From: Phycisphaerae bacterium
Lineage (GTDB): Bacteria; Planctomycetota; Phycisphaerae; UBA1845; PWPN01
Direction of reading: 5' to 3'
NCBI GenBank assembly: GCA_018003015.1
Contig: JAGNEZ010000001.1
Coordinates: forward strand, 14,808-78,807
DNA length: 64,000 nt
Below are positions 18,821 to 28,757 of the stretch, piece after piece. A model generated the notes under the pieces. The model did no database searches. It worked only from the letters and a program-made list of their open reading frames with translations, and was not told the DNA's origin. Positions within the stretch are counted from its first letter, which is position 1. Every line of letters begins with the position of its first letter. The translations under genes were made by a program, and so were the position numbers.

Positions 18821-19783
18821 TCAGGCCAGAGGTCTCAGCTGAACGCTGGCCCGGAGCGTCTCCACGTCCTCGGCTGCGAAGACCGCGGGCAGGTCGTTCA
18901 TGGCCGAGGCCGCGGCGACGGCCACCCCCTGGCGGAGGGCGGATTCGCACGTCCCGTTGGCCGCGACCAGGCCGCTCAGGAAAGCCGCCAGCAGGGCATC
19001 GCCGCAACCGACGGTACTGCGGAGCCGTTCGGGGGGAATGGTCACGCTGGCGTGCTGAGCGGCGCCCTCGGCGAAGCAGAAGACGCCGCGTTCGCCGGCG
19101 GTGATGAGCACCCATGGAATCCGCTTACTCAGTTCGAGTCCCGTCCGGACGATCTGGTCGTCGGTAGCGATCTCGCGTCCGACCAACTCGGCCAGTTCGA
19201 CGAGGTTGGGCTTGATCATCCACACCTTATGTTCGAGGGCCTTCCGCAGGGGGGCCTGGGACGTATCGACCACCACATGAGCTCCCCGCGTGACACAGGC
19301 TTCGATCATGTCACCGAACCGCTCGGGCGGCAATCCCGGAGCCAGAGACCCTGTGAAAACCACAATCACGTCATCGTCGGCGGTCCAGCGCAGATCATCG
19401 GTCAGTCGGTCGATTTCCTCGGCCGTCACCGTTGGTCCGATTTCGCGAATGTGTGTTTCGTTGGGCCCTTGCGGATCGATCACGGTGATGTTTTCGCGGG
19501 TCGTGCCGGCCATGGCCGAGAACTGAGGGGTGAATCCGGCGGCACGGGCGGCGGCGTTGAACGCCTCGATCGATTCGCGGCCCACCCAGCCAAGAGCGAC
19601 GCTGGGCATGCCCAGGGCGGCCATGGCCCGGGAGACGTTGATCGCCTTGCCGGCGGGGGTGCGCGAATGGAGGCGGCCGACCAGGTGCTGACCCACGGCG
19701 AAGCCCGGAACCCGTATGACCCGATCGATGGTCGGGTTCAGAGTCACGGTCGCCAGTCGCAGGCCGACGGTCGGAGACAGCAT
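18821..19783 (-). CDS. PfkB-family sugar(-phosphate) kinase, 1-phosphofructokinase/tagatose-6-P kinase-like
   Basis: 320 aa. N-terminal VTLNPTIDRVIRV pattern of the FruK/LacC clade and C-terminal TVGCGDALLAAF (GxGD). Confidence 0.8.
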   Translation of the reverse strand: MLSPTVGLRLATVTLNPTIDRVIRVPGFAVGQHLVGRLHSRTPAGKAINVSRAMAALGMPSVALGWVGRESIEAFNAAARAAGFTPQFSAMAGTTRENITVIDPQGPNETHIREIGPTVTAEEIDRLTDDLRWTADDDVIVVFTGSLAPGLPPERFGDMIEACVTRGAHVVVDTSQAPLRKALEHKVWMIKPNLVELAELVGREIATDDQIVRTGLELSKRIPWVLITAGERGVFCFAEGAAQHASVTIPPERLRSTVGCGDALLAAFLSGLVAANGTCESALRQGVAVAAASAMNDLPAVFAAEDVETLRASVQLRPLA

Positions 19784-19789
19784 CGCGGC

Positions 19790-20935
19790 TCACCTGGCGC
19801 CGAGCAGCAGTTCTTGCGTAAGCTGGTCGAGGCGCTCGTGGTGCAGCCTGCGGCAAGCCAGCTGGTCGGCGTCGAACGTGGTCTTTTTCAACTGATCGTG
19901 CGGCGGCAGCCCCTCGCCCGCGCCGCTCCTGAGCTCCTTGAGGATGGCCTGGATCTCGGGATCCTTGTTGAACTTCTGGACCTTCTCCTTCAGGATCAGG
20001 TAGGTCCTCATGCAGCCGCTGACGAAATCCCAGACCTCCTCGCGATCGGATGAGCGGAAGGCGTGGGCGTCAAAGGATCGAGCGCCCTGCCAGCCGGTGT
20101 CCTCGACGAGCTTGACCACAAAGAAGCTCTCCTTGAGATCCTCGGAGCCGAAGCGTTGATCCTGATCGTAGCGCAGAGGCTTCTGGGCGTTGAAATGGCA
20201 ACCGAAGAGCTTATGGACCTCGATGGCCTGGGCGATATCGTGGTAGGTGTTGAGACCGGCCATGCGCGAGTGGGCGATTTCGACCACCAGGCCGCAGTTC
20301 TCGGGCTTGTTCAAGGTGGCGATCAGCCCGAGCGCGTGTCCCACGGTCGGCATGTAAATGTCGCCGCGCGGCTCGTTCGGTTTGGGCTCGATGGCCAGTC
20401 GGTAGCCGGTGTAGTCCTGTTTGTCGATATAGGATTGAAGGTAGTTGAGTCCCTCTCGAAGCCACTTGATGGCTTCGAGAGGGTCTTTCGCCGCGTCCAC
20501 TTCCGCCCCGTCGCGGCCCCACCACAGGTCGCAGAGCTTGCTACCCAGGGCAACGCCGACGTCGATGGAGTTCAGATACCGCTGCAGGGCGAGCTGCCGG
20601 ACCTTGGGGTCGTGGCTGGTGAGGGCCCCATCCTTGTAGACCGGATGACCGAACACATTGGCCCCACAGTTGACGCAGGCCATACCCTGATCCGCCATCC
20701 GCTTGTTGGCCTCCTTGATGAGCCGGTCGCGTTCGGCGGCGGTGGCGGTGGGCGGGATGAGATCCTCGGCGTGCAGTTCGATGCCCCAGACTCCGCGTTT
20801 GCCCAGCTCGGTGATGACGTCCAGCGGATCGATCCGCTCTCGAGTCGCCTCGCCGAACGGGTCGCGGCCGGTGTTCATGATCGTCCACAGGCCGAAAGCA
20901 AACTTATCACTCTTCTGCGGCTGGTAGGAAGCCAT
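19790..20935 (-). CDS. xylA: Class I (actinobacterial-type) xylose isomerase homologue, divergent metal site
   Basis: 381 aa, collinear with Streptomyces-type XI: FAFGLWTIMNTGRDPFG, LAIEPKPNEPRGD, YDQDQRFG, C-terminal ERLDQLTQELLLGAR. The FHIDLN segment reads FGCHFN (see finding). Confidence 0.8.
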   Translation of the reverse strand: MASYQPQKSDKFAFGLWTIMNTGRDPFGEATRERIDPLDVITELGKRGVWGIELHAEDLIPPTATAAERDRLIKEANKRMADQGMACVNCGANVFGHPVYKDGALTSHDPKVRQLALQRYLNSIDVGVALGSKLCDLWWGRDGAEVDAAKDPLEAIKWLREGLNYLQSYIDKQDYTGYRLAIEPKPNEPRGDIYMPTVGHALGLIATLNKPENCGLVVEIAHSRMAGLNTYHDIAQAIEVHKLFGCHFNAQKPLRYDQDQRFGSEDLKESFFVVKLVEDTGWQGARSFDAHAFRSSDREEVWDFVSGCMRTYLILKEKVQKFNKDPEIQAILKELRSGAGEGLPPHDQLKKTTFDADQLACRRLHHERLDQLTQELLLGAR

Positions 20936-21231
20936 CGAATGCTCCTCTTATGGGACCCGGTGTAGGCGGCCGGCACGGCCGCCCGCTCAACACTCGGGCA
21001 TTGTACGTCCTTCAGGGACCACGGCAACAGTCCGAGAAGGGCAGCGGTGTCGGCAGACCCGGGCGGATGGGGTGACAAGCGGGCGATCCACCTCATGGCC
21101 CCGGGAAATCGCGACGATGAGGAACGTCGACGGGTGCGTGATAAGCGGAGCGCAACGGCACGGGTTATGGGGCGGATGTTGCCGCCAATCGGGATCCGCC
21201 TCAAGCCCATGTCTCTCGCAGGGAGCCATCG

Positions 21232-23583
21232 GTGGGTGAGCGCAAACGCATTCTGACCTTCGTCTTGATCATGGCCGCCGTCGCCGCCCTGGCGATCGGG
21301 GCGACGCTCGCTCTGCTGCACAGCACCTCGTTCGAGCGGCACCGCGTCCGGTTGTCCGAGGTGGCCTGCAACACGGCCCGGATCGTGGAGATGGCCGCTC
21401 GATATCATGAGGCGGTCAGACCGAATGCCAGCGGCGAGGATGCCGCCGCCATCGCCCTGAGCGCGCTTCGGGGCGGCGCTTCTCGTTCACTCGGGCTGGG
21501 CGAGAGCGGCGAAATCCGCCTGGCTCGCCAGAGCGACGGGACCATCCTTGCCCTTTGGCCCAAACTCTCCCCGGACACGATCACCCGGTCAGGTCCACCC
21601 GGGTTGAGCTTGTCCGAGCCGATGCGGCTGGCCTTGAAGGGCCGATCGGGAACCCTGGTCGGTCTGGACGGTCGAGGCGTGCGGGTGCTGGCGGCCCATG
21701 AACCGGTTGCGGGCCTGGGCTGGAGCGTAATCGCCCAGATCGATCTGTCGGAGATTCGGGCGCCTTTCGTGAAAGCCGGTCTGTACCTGCTCGTCCTGAC
21801 CCTGGTCATGATCGCCATCTGTACCAAGTTCCTCATGCTCTTCGCGGATTCGCTCGTCCGTAGGTTGCGAGCGAGCGAAGTGCGGACTCAGGCGATCGTG
21901 GAGATAGCCGACGACGGGATCGTGATCGCCGACGCGGGCGGGGTCATCCTCTCGTGGAACTCGGCCGCGGAGCGGATCTTCGGCTACTCCGCCGCGGAGA
22001 CGGTGGGGCACAGCCTCGTGGACCTGATCGTGCCGGAGCGGTATCGCGAGACCAAGGGTGCGGCCATGCGCCGCTTTGCCAGGGACGGACAAGGCCGAGC
22101 CCTTGGAACGACACTGGAGCTCACCGCCTTGCACAAGAGCGGGGCGGAGTTTCCCATCGAATTGACCCTGTCCGCTTTCCGGGACGCCAGCGGTTTCATG
22201 GCCCTGGCCATGGTGCGGGACATCACCCAGCGCAAGCTGACCGAACTCCGCGAGCGGGAGCAGGCCGCCCAGCTGGCCGCCAAGAACGAGGCGCTCGAGG
22301 CCCAGAGGCAGCAGTTGCGTGCCCAACACGATGAACTGCTAGCGGTCAACGCCGCCCTGGTGCAGGCCAGGAACACGGCCGAGGCGGCCAGCCGGGCCAA
22401 GAGCGAGTTCTTGGCCAATATGAGCCACGAGATCCGGACCCCGATGACGGCGATCCTGGGCTTCGCCGAGAACCTCCTGCTCCCGGACCTGCCGCCCCAG
22501 GAAGCTCGTTCCGCCGCCGAGACCATCCGCCGCAACGGCGAGCATCTGCTGGCAATCATCAACGACATTCTGGACTTGTCCAAGATCGAGGCCGGCAAGC
22601 TGGAAATCGAGCGGATCGCCTGCTCGCCCCGCCAGATTCTCAGCGAGGTGGCCACGCTGTTCCGAGGTGCTGCCGAGGCGAAGCAGCTGAACCTGAAGAT
22701 CGAATCGCTTGGCCCGATTCCCGACAAGATCCGCTGCGACCCCACCCGGTTGCGCCAGATTCTGCAAAACATGGTCGGCAATGCCGTCAAGTTCACTGCC
22801 TCGGGCAGTGTCGGCGTGCTGGTCTCAGAGGGTGAGACTGCCGCCGGGGCTCGCTTCCTGCAGTTTGATGTGATCGACACCGGCGTGGGCATGACCGAAG
22901 AGCAGAGCCGGCGGCTGTTCGAGCCATTCATGCAAGCTGACAGTTCTACGACTCGGCAGTTTGGCGGCACCGGTCTGGGCCTGACCCTCACCCGGCACCT
23001 CGCGGAGCTGCTCGGTGGGACGGCTGAACTGGTCCGCTCGGCGCCTGGCCAGGGTTCGCATTTTCGGTTCACTGTGGCCGCGGTGACCGCCGACGAGGAG
23101 ACCGCTGCCGCGGGGACGGTCACTTGGCCGGAGGGTTGCCTGACCGAGCCGTTACCCGCCGATTCACCGCGGATCGAGGCCCGCGTGCTCCTGGCCGAGG
23201 ACGGCCCCGACAACCAGCGGCTCATCTCCTTCATGCTGCACCGCATGGGCGTCGAGGTGACCGTGGCGAACGACGGTCGCAAGGCGGTCAACGAGGTACT
23301 CGCGAGCATGGAGATGGGACAGCCCTACGACGCGGTGCTCATGGACGTCCAGATGCCGACCTGCGACGGTTACGAGGCGACACGGCTGCTCCGAGCGGCC
23401 GGCTATGAGAAGCCGATCATCGCCTTGACCGCCCAGGCCATGGCCGGAGACCGGCAGAAGTGCATTGCCGCGGGATGTGACGACTATATCAGCAAGCCGA
23501 TCCATCGGGTCCGCCTGTCCGAGGTGCTGCAGCACCTGCTCAACGATCAGGTCTCCAGGGCCGGGCGGGCGGACGACCGCTGA
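21232..23583 (+). CDS. Hybrid sensor histidine kinase / response regulator (periplasmic sensor, PAS, HisKA-HATPase, REC)
   Basis: Two TM helices flank a ~150-aa sensor. A PAS region is followed by a coiled coil, H-box MSHEIRTPMTAILGF, N/G boxes NAVKFT, DTGVGM and GGTGLGL, and a receiver domain (VLLAEDGPDNQ, LMDVQMPTCDG, ISKP). Confidence 0.9.
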   Translation: MGERKRILTFVLIMAAVAALAIGATLALLHSTSFERHRVRLSEVACNTARIVEMAARYHEAVRPNASGEDAAAIALSALRGGASRSLGLGESGEIRLARQSDGTILALWPKLSPDTITRSGPPGLSLSEPMRLALKGRSGTLVGLDGRGVRVLAAHEPVAGLGWSVIAQIDLSEIRAPFVKAGLYLLVLTLVMIAICTKFLMLFADSLVRRLRASEVRTQAIVEIADDGIVIADAGGVILSWNSAAERIFGYSAAETVGHSLVDLIVPERYRETKGAAMRRFARDGQGRALGTTLELTALHKSGAEFPIELTLSAFRDASGFMALAMVRDITQRKLTELREREQAAQLAAKNEALEAQRQQLRAQHDELLAVNAALVQARNTAEAASRAKSEFLANMSHEIRTPMTAILGFAENLLLPDLPPQEARSAAETIRRNGEHLLAIINDILDLSKIEAGKLEIERIACSPRQILSEVATLFRGAAEAKQLNLKIESLGPIPDKIRCDPTRLRQILQNMVGNAVKFTASGSVGVLVSEGETAAGARFLQFDVIDTGVGMTEEQSRRLFEPFMQADSSTTRQFGGTGLGLTLTRHLAELLGGTAELVRSAPGQGSHFRFTVAAVTADEETAAAGTVTWPEGCLTEPLPADSPRIEARVLLAEDGPDNQRLISFMLHRMGVEVTVANDGRKAVNEVLASMEMGQPYDAVLMDVQMPTCDGYEATRLLRAAGYEKPIIALTAQAMAGDRQKCIAAGCDDYISKPIHRVRLSEVLQHLLNDQVSRAGRADDR

Positions 23584-23746
23584 TCCACGAGATCAACTGC
23601 CCGGCAGCATCCCACGTTGTTCTCTCCCGATCCTGTTCCGACGATCGCCGGAGTTTCAGTGTTCCGATCGCTGGCTATGGGCACGGCTGCCCGGCGGGAT
23701 TACAATCTGCTACCCTGATGATCGAGGCCGACGGAGGAACAGCGGC

Positions 23747-25117
23747 ATGAACGGAAGAGAGCTTCTGTTGAAGGCGTTGGCCAACGAGTCCACCCCGCGC
23801 TCGGCCTGGGTGCCATTTGTCGGCGTCCACGGAGCGAAGATGCTGGGCTTGTCCGCCGAGCAATACCTTCGTTCCAGCGGGAGCATCGTAGCCGCCCTGC
23901 TCAAGGCCAAGGACCTTTACCAACCTGACGGTCTGCCGATCGTTTTCGATCTCCAGCTCGAGGCCGAGATTCTCGGCTGCCAGATGCACTGGGGCGAGGA
24001 GACACCTCCGTCGGTGAGTTCCCACCCGCTGAATGATCGCAGCATCGCCGACCTGCCCTCCTTCGATGTCATCAAGGGCCGGTTTCCGGTGGTGCTGGAC
24101 GCCCTGCGCGAGGCCAAGCGGCGGATCGGCGGCGAGGTCGCGCTCTACGGCCTGATCACCGGTCCGTTCACCATGGCTCTGCACCTCATGGGCACGAATG
24201 TCTTCCTGCAGATGTTCAACAGCCCTGAGGCCGTCCATGAAGTTCTCCGCTTCAGTACGCAGGTCGCCAAGACCTCCGCGGATGCCTACATCGAGAACGG
24301 AGCGGATGTCGTCGCGGTGGTCGATCCGATGACCAGCCAGATCTCGCCCGCCCACTTCCGCGAGTTCGTGGCCGCCTATGCCAATGACATCTTCGATCAC
24401 ATCCGCTCGCGCGGGGCCTTGTCCTCGCTGTTCGTCTGCGGCAATGCGACGCGCAACCTGGAGAACATGTGCCAAACCCGCTGTGACAACGTCTCGGTGG
24501 ACGAGAACATCTCCCTGGAGTCACTGCGCGACCTGGCCGGCAAGCACAACAAGTCCTTTGGCGGCAATCTCAAGCTGACCACGGTGCTGCTGCTGGGCAG
24601 CGAGGACGACGCCCGGCGCGACGCCCTTCGCTGCCTGGACATCGGCGGCACCAAGGGCTACGTGCTCGCGCCCGGTTGCGACCTGCCTTTCGCCACGCCG
24701 GAGGCCAACCTGGAGGCGGTTGCCTCGCTCGTCCACGATGAGTACCAGCGGGAGGTCGCCCGGGCCAAGGTCAAGAACATGGCCGAGATGACCTTCGAGG
24801 ACGTGCTGCTACCCAACTACGGCGAGGAGGACAAGGTCTTCGTCGACGTGGTCACGCTGGACTCGGCATCGTGCGCCCCCTGCCAGTACATGGTTGATGC
24901 GGTATTCAAGGCCACCAGACCGATGGGTGACAGGGTCGTCATCCGCGAGCACAAGATCACTACCCGCACCGGCCTAGGACACATGGCCAAGCTGGGCGTC
25001 GGCCAGATTCCGACGATCTGCATCGACGGCGAGGTCATGTTCCCCTCCATCATTCCTGACGTGAAGACCCTGACCGAGGCCATCGAGGAACGGATCAAGG
25101 CCAAGGGCAAGACATGA
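23747..25117 (+). CDS. URO-D/MtaA-family (methyltransferase-like) protein fused to a C-terminal thioredoxin-like CxxC domain
   Basis: Start trimmed to MNGRELLLKAL (ATG 23747, RBS GGAGGAA). The ~370-aa URO-D-fold region contains YQPDGLPIVFDLQLEAE, FVCGNATRNLE and YVLAPGCDLPF. The last ~85 aa resemble small redox-active thioredoxin-fold proteins (DSASCAPCQYM...IPTICIDGEVMF). Confidence 0.7.
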   Translation: MNGRELLLKALANESTPRSAWVPFVGVHGAKMLGLSAEQYLRSSGSIVAALLKAKDLYQPDGLPIVFDLQLEAEILGCQMHWGEETPPSVSSHPLNDRSIADLPSFDVIKGRFPVVLDALREAKRRIGGEVALYGLITGPFTMALHLMGTNVFLQMFNSPEAVHEVLRFSTQVAKTSADAYIENGADVVAVVDPMTSQISPAHFREFVAAYANDIFDHIRSRGALSSLFVCGNATRNLENMCQTRCDNVSVDENISLESLRDLAGKHNKSFGGNLKLTTVLLLGSEDDARRDALRCLDIGGTKGYVLAPGCDLPFATPEANLEAVASLVHDEYQREVARAKVKNMAEMTFEDVLLPNYGEEDKVFVDVVTLDSASCAPCQYMVDAVFKATRPMGDRVVIREHKITTRTGLGHMAKLGVGQIPTICIDGEVMFPSIIPDVKTLTEAIEERIKAKGKT

Positions 25118-26004
25118 TCCCGCTCGCCCTGATCACCGGTTTCCTGGGCAGCGGCAAGACCACCCTGCTGCGCCGCGTCATCGAGCGACATCGTGGCCGG
25201 CGGCTGGCCTACCTGGTCAACGAGTTCTCCTCGCTCGATGTGGATGGGCGCGTGTTGGCAACGGAGGGCGAGCGGGTTGTCTGTCTGCCGGGCGGGTCGA
25301 TCTTCTGCAAGTGTCTGGTGACCTCCTTCATTCGGCAGTTGCGGGAGATCTCCGAGTGGCACGATCGGCCGGACCAGCTGCTTGAAGGCCTGATCGTTGA
25401 GGCCAGTGGCATTGCCGATCCCAGGGTCGTCGGCCAGATGCTGGGTGAAACCCGCCTCGATCAGCTCTACCGGCTGACGTCGGTGATCAGCATCGTCGAT
25501 CCAGGCAGCTTCCTGGCCCTTCGTGAGACGCTGCCCAACATCGCCGCTCAGATCGAAGCCAGCCACCTAGCGATCGTCAACAAGGTCGATCTGTTCAGCG
25601 AGGCGGCCTTGGCCGAGGTAGAAGCCGCCGTCCGCGAGATCCAACCGGCGATCGAGATTATCCGATCCACCTTCTGCTCGATCGACCTGGATCCGTTCGC
25701 GCCGCGAGCGGCCCGTCCTATCCACGGTGAATACGCTCCCTGCGCCGACCCGCACTATGCGAAAGTGGTATGGAAGGGCGAACGGCCGGTCGACGTCGAT
25801 CAACTGGTGGCTCGGATCCGCGAGGCGGGAGCGGACATTTACCGAGCCAAGGGTTTTGTTTATACCGGAGATGAGACGCTGTATATTGACGTCTCCGCCG
25901 CGGAGACAACCACCCGAGCCGCGACGGGAGGCGCGAGCCGTACGGAACTCGCCCTGATCGTCAGGCCGGGTAGGGAGGAGAGCGTCCGCTCCCTGCTGAG
26001 CTGA
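25114..26004 (+). CDS. COG0523/CobW-family G3E GTPase (metallochaperone-like)
   Basis: ATGA start/stop overlap with the upstream gene. Walker A GFLGSGKTTLL, switch LIVEASGIADP, NKxD-like VNKVDL and a CobW_C-like tail. The canonical CxCC motif reads FCKCL. Confidence 0.85.
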   Translation: MIPLALITGFLGSGKTTLLRRVIERHRGRRLAYLVNEFSSLDVDGRVLATEGERVVCLPGGSIFCKCLVTSFIRQLREISEWHDRPDQLLEGLIVEASGIADPRVVGQMLGETRLDQLYRLTSVISIVDPGSFLALRETLPNIAAQIEASHLAIVNKVDLFSEAALAEVEAAVREIQPAIEIIRSTFCSIDLDPFAPRAARPIHGEYAPCADPHYAKVVWKGERPVDVDQLVARIREAGADIYRAKGFVYTGDETLYIDVSAAETTTRAATGGASRTELALIVRPGREESVRSLLS

Positions 26005-26099
26005 GGATTACAGCGAGATCATTACCGAGCGGTCTTCCTGTCCGGCCGGACGCTGATTGCCAAACGCTGACCGCTCACACAACAACCAAGGATCCCTGA

Positions 26100-27230
26100 A
26101 TGAAGCCAATCTACCGCAAGACACTTGTTGAGCTGTTGACCGTACCCACCGCCCCACTGTGCGAGGAGTACGTCGTCGGCTACATCCGCCGCTGGGCGAA
26201 CCGGCGGCCGGGCATCGAGTTCAAGCAGGACGAATACGGCAACATCCGGCTGCGGGTCAAGCGAGGATTGAGGCCGGCCGCCGCTCCCATGCTGTTCTCC
26301 GCACACATGGACCATCCGGGCTTCGAGGCGGAGAAGATGATCGACCCACGACAACTGAAGGCTGTCTGGCGCGGCTGGGTAGCTCCCGAGTACTTCAAAG
26401 GGGCCGGGGTGCGATTCTTCAGCGACGGCCGGTGGGTGCGAGGCACGATCAAGTCCACGAAAACCGGTGTGGTTCGCGGTCGGTTGCGCGTGACGTCGGT
26501 CGTGGCTGACGTCAAGGCCCCGGTGGAACCGGGGTCGATCGGCATGTGGGATCTGCCGGACCCGCTGGTTCGCGGTACGCGGATCTTCGCTCGCGGGTGC
26601 GACGATGTGGGCGGCGTGGCGGCGATTCTGTGCGCCCTCGATGAGCTCGCCCGTGGTCGCGGGCCGGTGGAGGCTTACGCCCTACTGACCCGGGCTGAGG
26701 AAGTTGGCTGGGCGGGCGCGATCGCGGCGTGCAAGTCCGGCATCATCCCCCGCCGCACGCGGATCATTGCGGTCGAAACCAGCTCCGAGATCCCCGGCGT
26801 GCAAATGGGCAACGGGCCGATCCTGCGGGTGGGCGACTCCCTCGCGATCTTCCCAAACCCGCTTTGTGCCCATACTGCCCGGGTGGCCAAGGAACTGGCC
26901 AAGCGCCGGGGCGGCTTCAAATGGCAACGCAAGCTCATGGACGCCGGCAGCACGGAAAGCCTCGCTTACCTCGAGTACGGCCACGAGGCGATCGGCATGT
27001 GCCTGGCGTTGGGCAACTACCACAACATGGATCGGGAGCGAAAGCGGATCGGCGCCGAACACATCGATCTGAACGACTTCGAGGGCCTGGTGCGGTGGTT
27101 TGTCGCCCTGGCCAAAGACCGGCGCCCAAGCCTGGATCACGATCCGGCCGTCCGCCGGGTGATCGCCAAGCAGGACCGGACCTGGAGTTCCAAGCTGAAG
27201 AGAACCCGGGGGCGGATCGGCGGGCGGTAG
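26100..27230 (+). CDS. M42-family metallopeptidase-like hydrolase
   Basis: 376 aa with FSAHMDHPGF, ARGCDDVGGVAAIL and LTRAEEVGWAGA, matching the M42 HxD / DD-G / EEVG metal-ligand pattern. Confidence 0.7.
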   Translation: MKPIYRKTLVELLTVPTAPLCEEYVVGYIRRWANRRPGIEFKQDEYGNIRLRVKRGLRPAAAPMLFSAHMDHPGFEAEKMIDPRQLKAVWRGWVAPEYFKGAGVRFFSDGRWVRGTIKSTKTGVVRGRLRVTSVVADVKAPVEPGSIGMWDLPDPLVRGTRIFARGCDDVGGVAAILCALDELARGRGPVEAYALLTRAEEVGWAGAIAACKSGIIPRRTRIIAVETSSEIPGVQMGNGPILRVGDSLAIFPNPLCAHTARVAKELAKRRGGFKWQRKLMDAGSTESLAYLEYGHEAIGMCLALGNYHNMDRERKRIGAEHIDLNDFEGLVRWFVALAKDRRPSLDHDPAVRRVIAKQDRTWSSKLKRTRGRIGGR

Positions 27231-27311
27231 AGTGCCGGAGGTAGCGATCGGCGTTCAGCGATCAGCAATCAGCTTCCCGATTCTATTGATGACGAAACCG
27301 CGCCGCAGGCG

Positions 27312-28466
27312 TTACGGCTGGAACTCCCGGGCGAGAACGCGCCAGATGGGGTTGTCCTTGCGTGGCGGGGCGGGATGTTCGCCGCGTTCGATCGCCTGCC
27401 AGTACGAATACGGCCGCTTGCCCGGCCCGAGTTCGTAGTCCAGGCCGTCCCATTCGTCCTCGCGGAACGCGTAGAACGCCCAGTGCCAGCCGAACCCGTT
27501 GGCGGACTTGATCACGTCGGACAGGTACTGCTCAACGCCAGGGACGCGCCGATCACAGCCGAATTCGCTGAGGATGATCCGATGGGCGGGCACGCCGTTA
27601 CGCCGGGCCCAAGCATCAACCTGCGCGAGTTCACGCTGCACCACTTCGGGGCCGGGGTACGGGATCTTGCCGCCGTTGATCTGGAAGGTTGTGTAGTTCC
27701 ACGGCTCGTAGCAGTGCACCGCGTAGAGCGTGCGTTGATCGGCGACCGGGCGCAGGAAATCGATGTGGGCCGGGGCCGCAAAGTCGCCGCCGTCGAGCAG
27801 GATCGGGGTATCGGGATCGACGGCGCGCACGGCCAGGATCAGGCTCGCGTACAGTGTGTTGACGTCGGCGGCCGTCCCGGCGACCCGCTTCTCGAACGCC
27901 TCGCGGGCGGCACGGTCCGCCAGATCGACCTTCATCGCCCGGGCCGGGGCCGGCTCGTTGACCAGGTTGTACGCGACAACCGCCGGATGCCCACGCAGTG
28001 CCGAAGCGAGTTCCTTCCAGAATGCGGCCGCCTGGCGATGGTACTTGAAGTCGGTCCAGAGCCGAGCGTCGAAGCGTCCGTCATTCTGCTGCTGCCAGCG
28101 CATACCGGGCAGCGACAGCGGGACGACGACGATCTTGACGTCCTCGGCCGCCGCCCAATCGAGCACCTCACGCAGTCTCTGCGGATCGGCCGGTGGAATC
28201 CCCTTGAAGTCGTCGGCGTTACCGAGCAGGAAGTCGCGGCCGGCGCCCTTCCACTTGCTCCAGGTGAGCCGCACGACGCGGATTCCCGCGGCCCGTGCGG
28301 CCGCGAAGTACGCGCGGTCGCAGTCCCGATTGAAGCAGTTGGCCCCCTTCCGCTGCTGGTCCCAATAGGGCAGCTTGCCGGTTTGCGGCGCAAGCGGCGC
28401 GGGCTGGGTCGATGCGTAGCCGAGCAACCAGACCGTCCACACAGTGGCAACGAGTAATCGCACCAT
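27312..28466 (-). CDS. GH5 glycoside hydrolase (cellulase family), secreted
   Basis: VAYNLVNEPAP (acid/base NEP) and IILSEFGCD (nucleophile). Start trimmed to MVRLLVATVWTVWLLGYAS (signal, ATG 28466). Confidence 0.8.
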   Translation of the reverse strand: MVRLLVATVWTVWLLGYASTQPAPLAPQTGKLPYWDQQRKGANCFNRDCDRAYFAAARAAGIRVVRLTWSKWKGAGRDFLLGNADDFKGIPPADPQRLREVLDWAAAEDVKIVVVPLSLPGMRWQQQNDGRFDARLWTDFKYHRQAAAFWKELASALRGHPAVVAYNLVNEPAPARAMKVDLADRAAREAFEKRVAGTAADVNTLYASLILAVRAVDPDTPILLDGGDFAAPAHIDFLRPVADQRTLYAVHCYEPWNYTTFQINGGKIPYPGPEVVQRELAQVDAWARRNGVPAHRIILSEFGCDRRVPGVEQYLSDVIKSANGFGWHWAFYAFREDEWDGLDYELGPGKRPYSYWQAIERGEHPAPPRKDNPIWRVLAREFQP

Positions 28467-28757
28467 GATCGGTCCACACCTCCGAGCACCAAGGGCCATC
28501 CGGCGAAGCAGAGCCACGATGACCGCCCTGACGGCCGTCAGGCAACGATAGCTCCGACACAGAACCAGCTCAAGTATGCCGCTCTCTTCCTTGTGCCCGT
28601 TGCGCATTCTCGCGGCCAATTCCTCATCCTCCTCTTCACCCCAGCGTCCCTCTGTGTCCCCTGCGGTTCAAATTCGGTCTTCACCGCGGAGCAATGCAAG
28701 TAAGGACCCGGTTGATTTCGTGGAAGGTGAAACCCTTACAGGGTTTTGGAGGTGTAT

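Noticed and set aside
23465-23746. N-terminal extensions of many track ORFs. Examples: 23465, 46901, 49050, 12379, 9280, 28619, 30554, 30449, 32305, 38568, 58764, 18710, 6536.
   Set aside because: The extensions are Arg/Pro/Ser-rich or overlap upstream genes. Internal ATG codons coincide with signal peptides, family N-termini or good RBS, so starts were moved inward.
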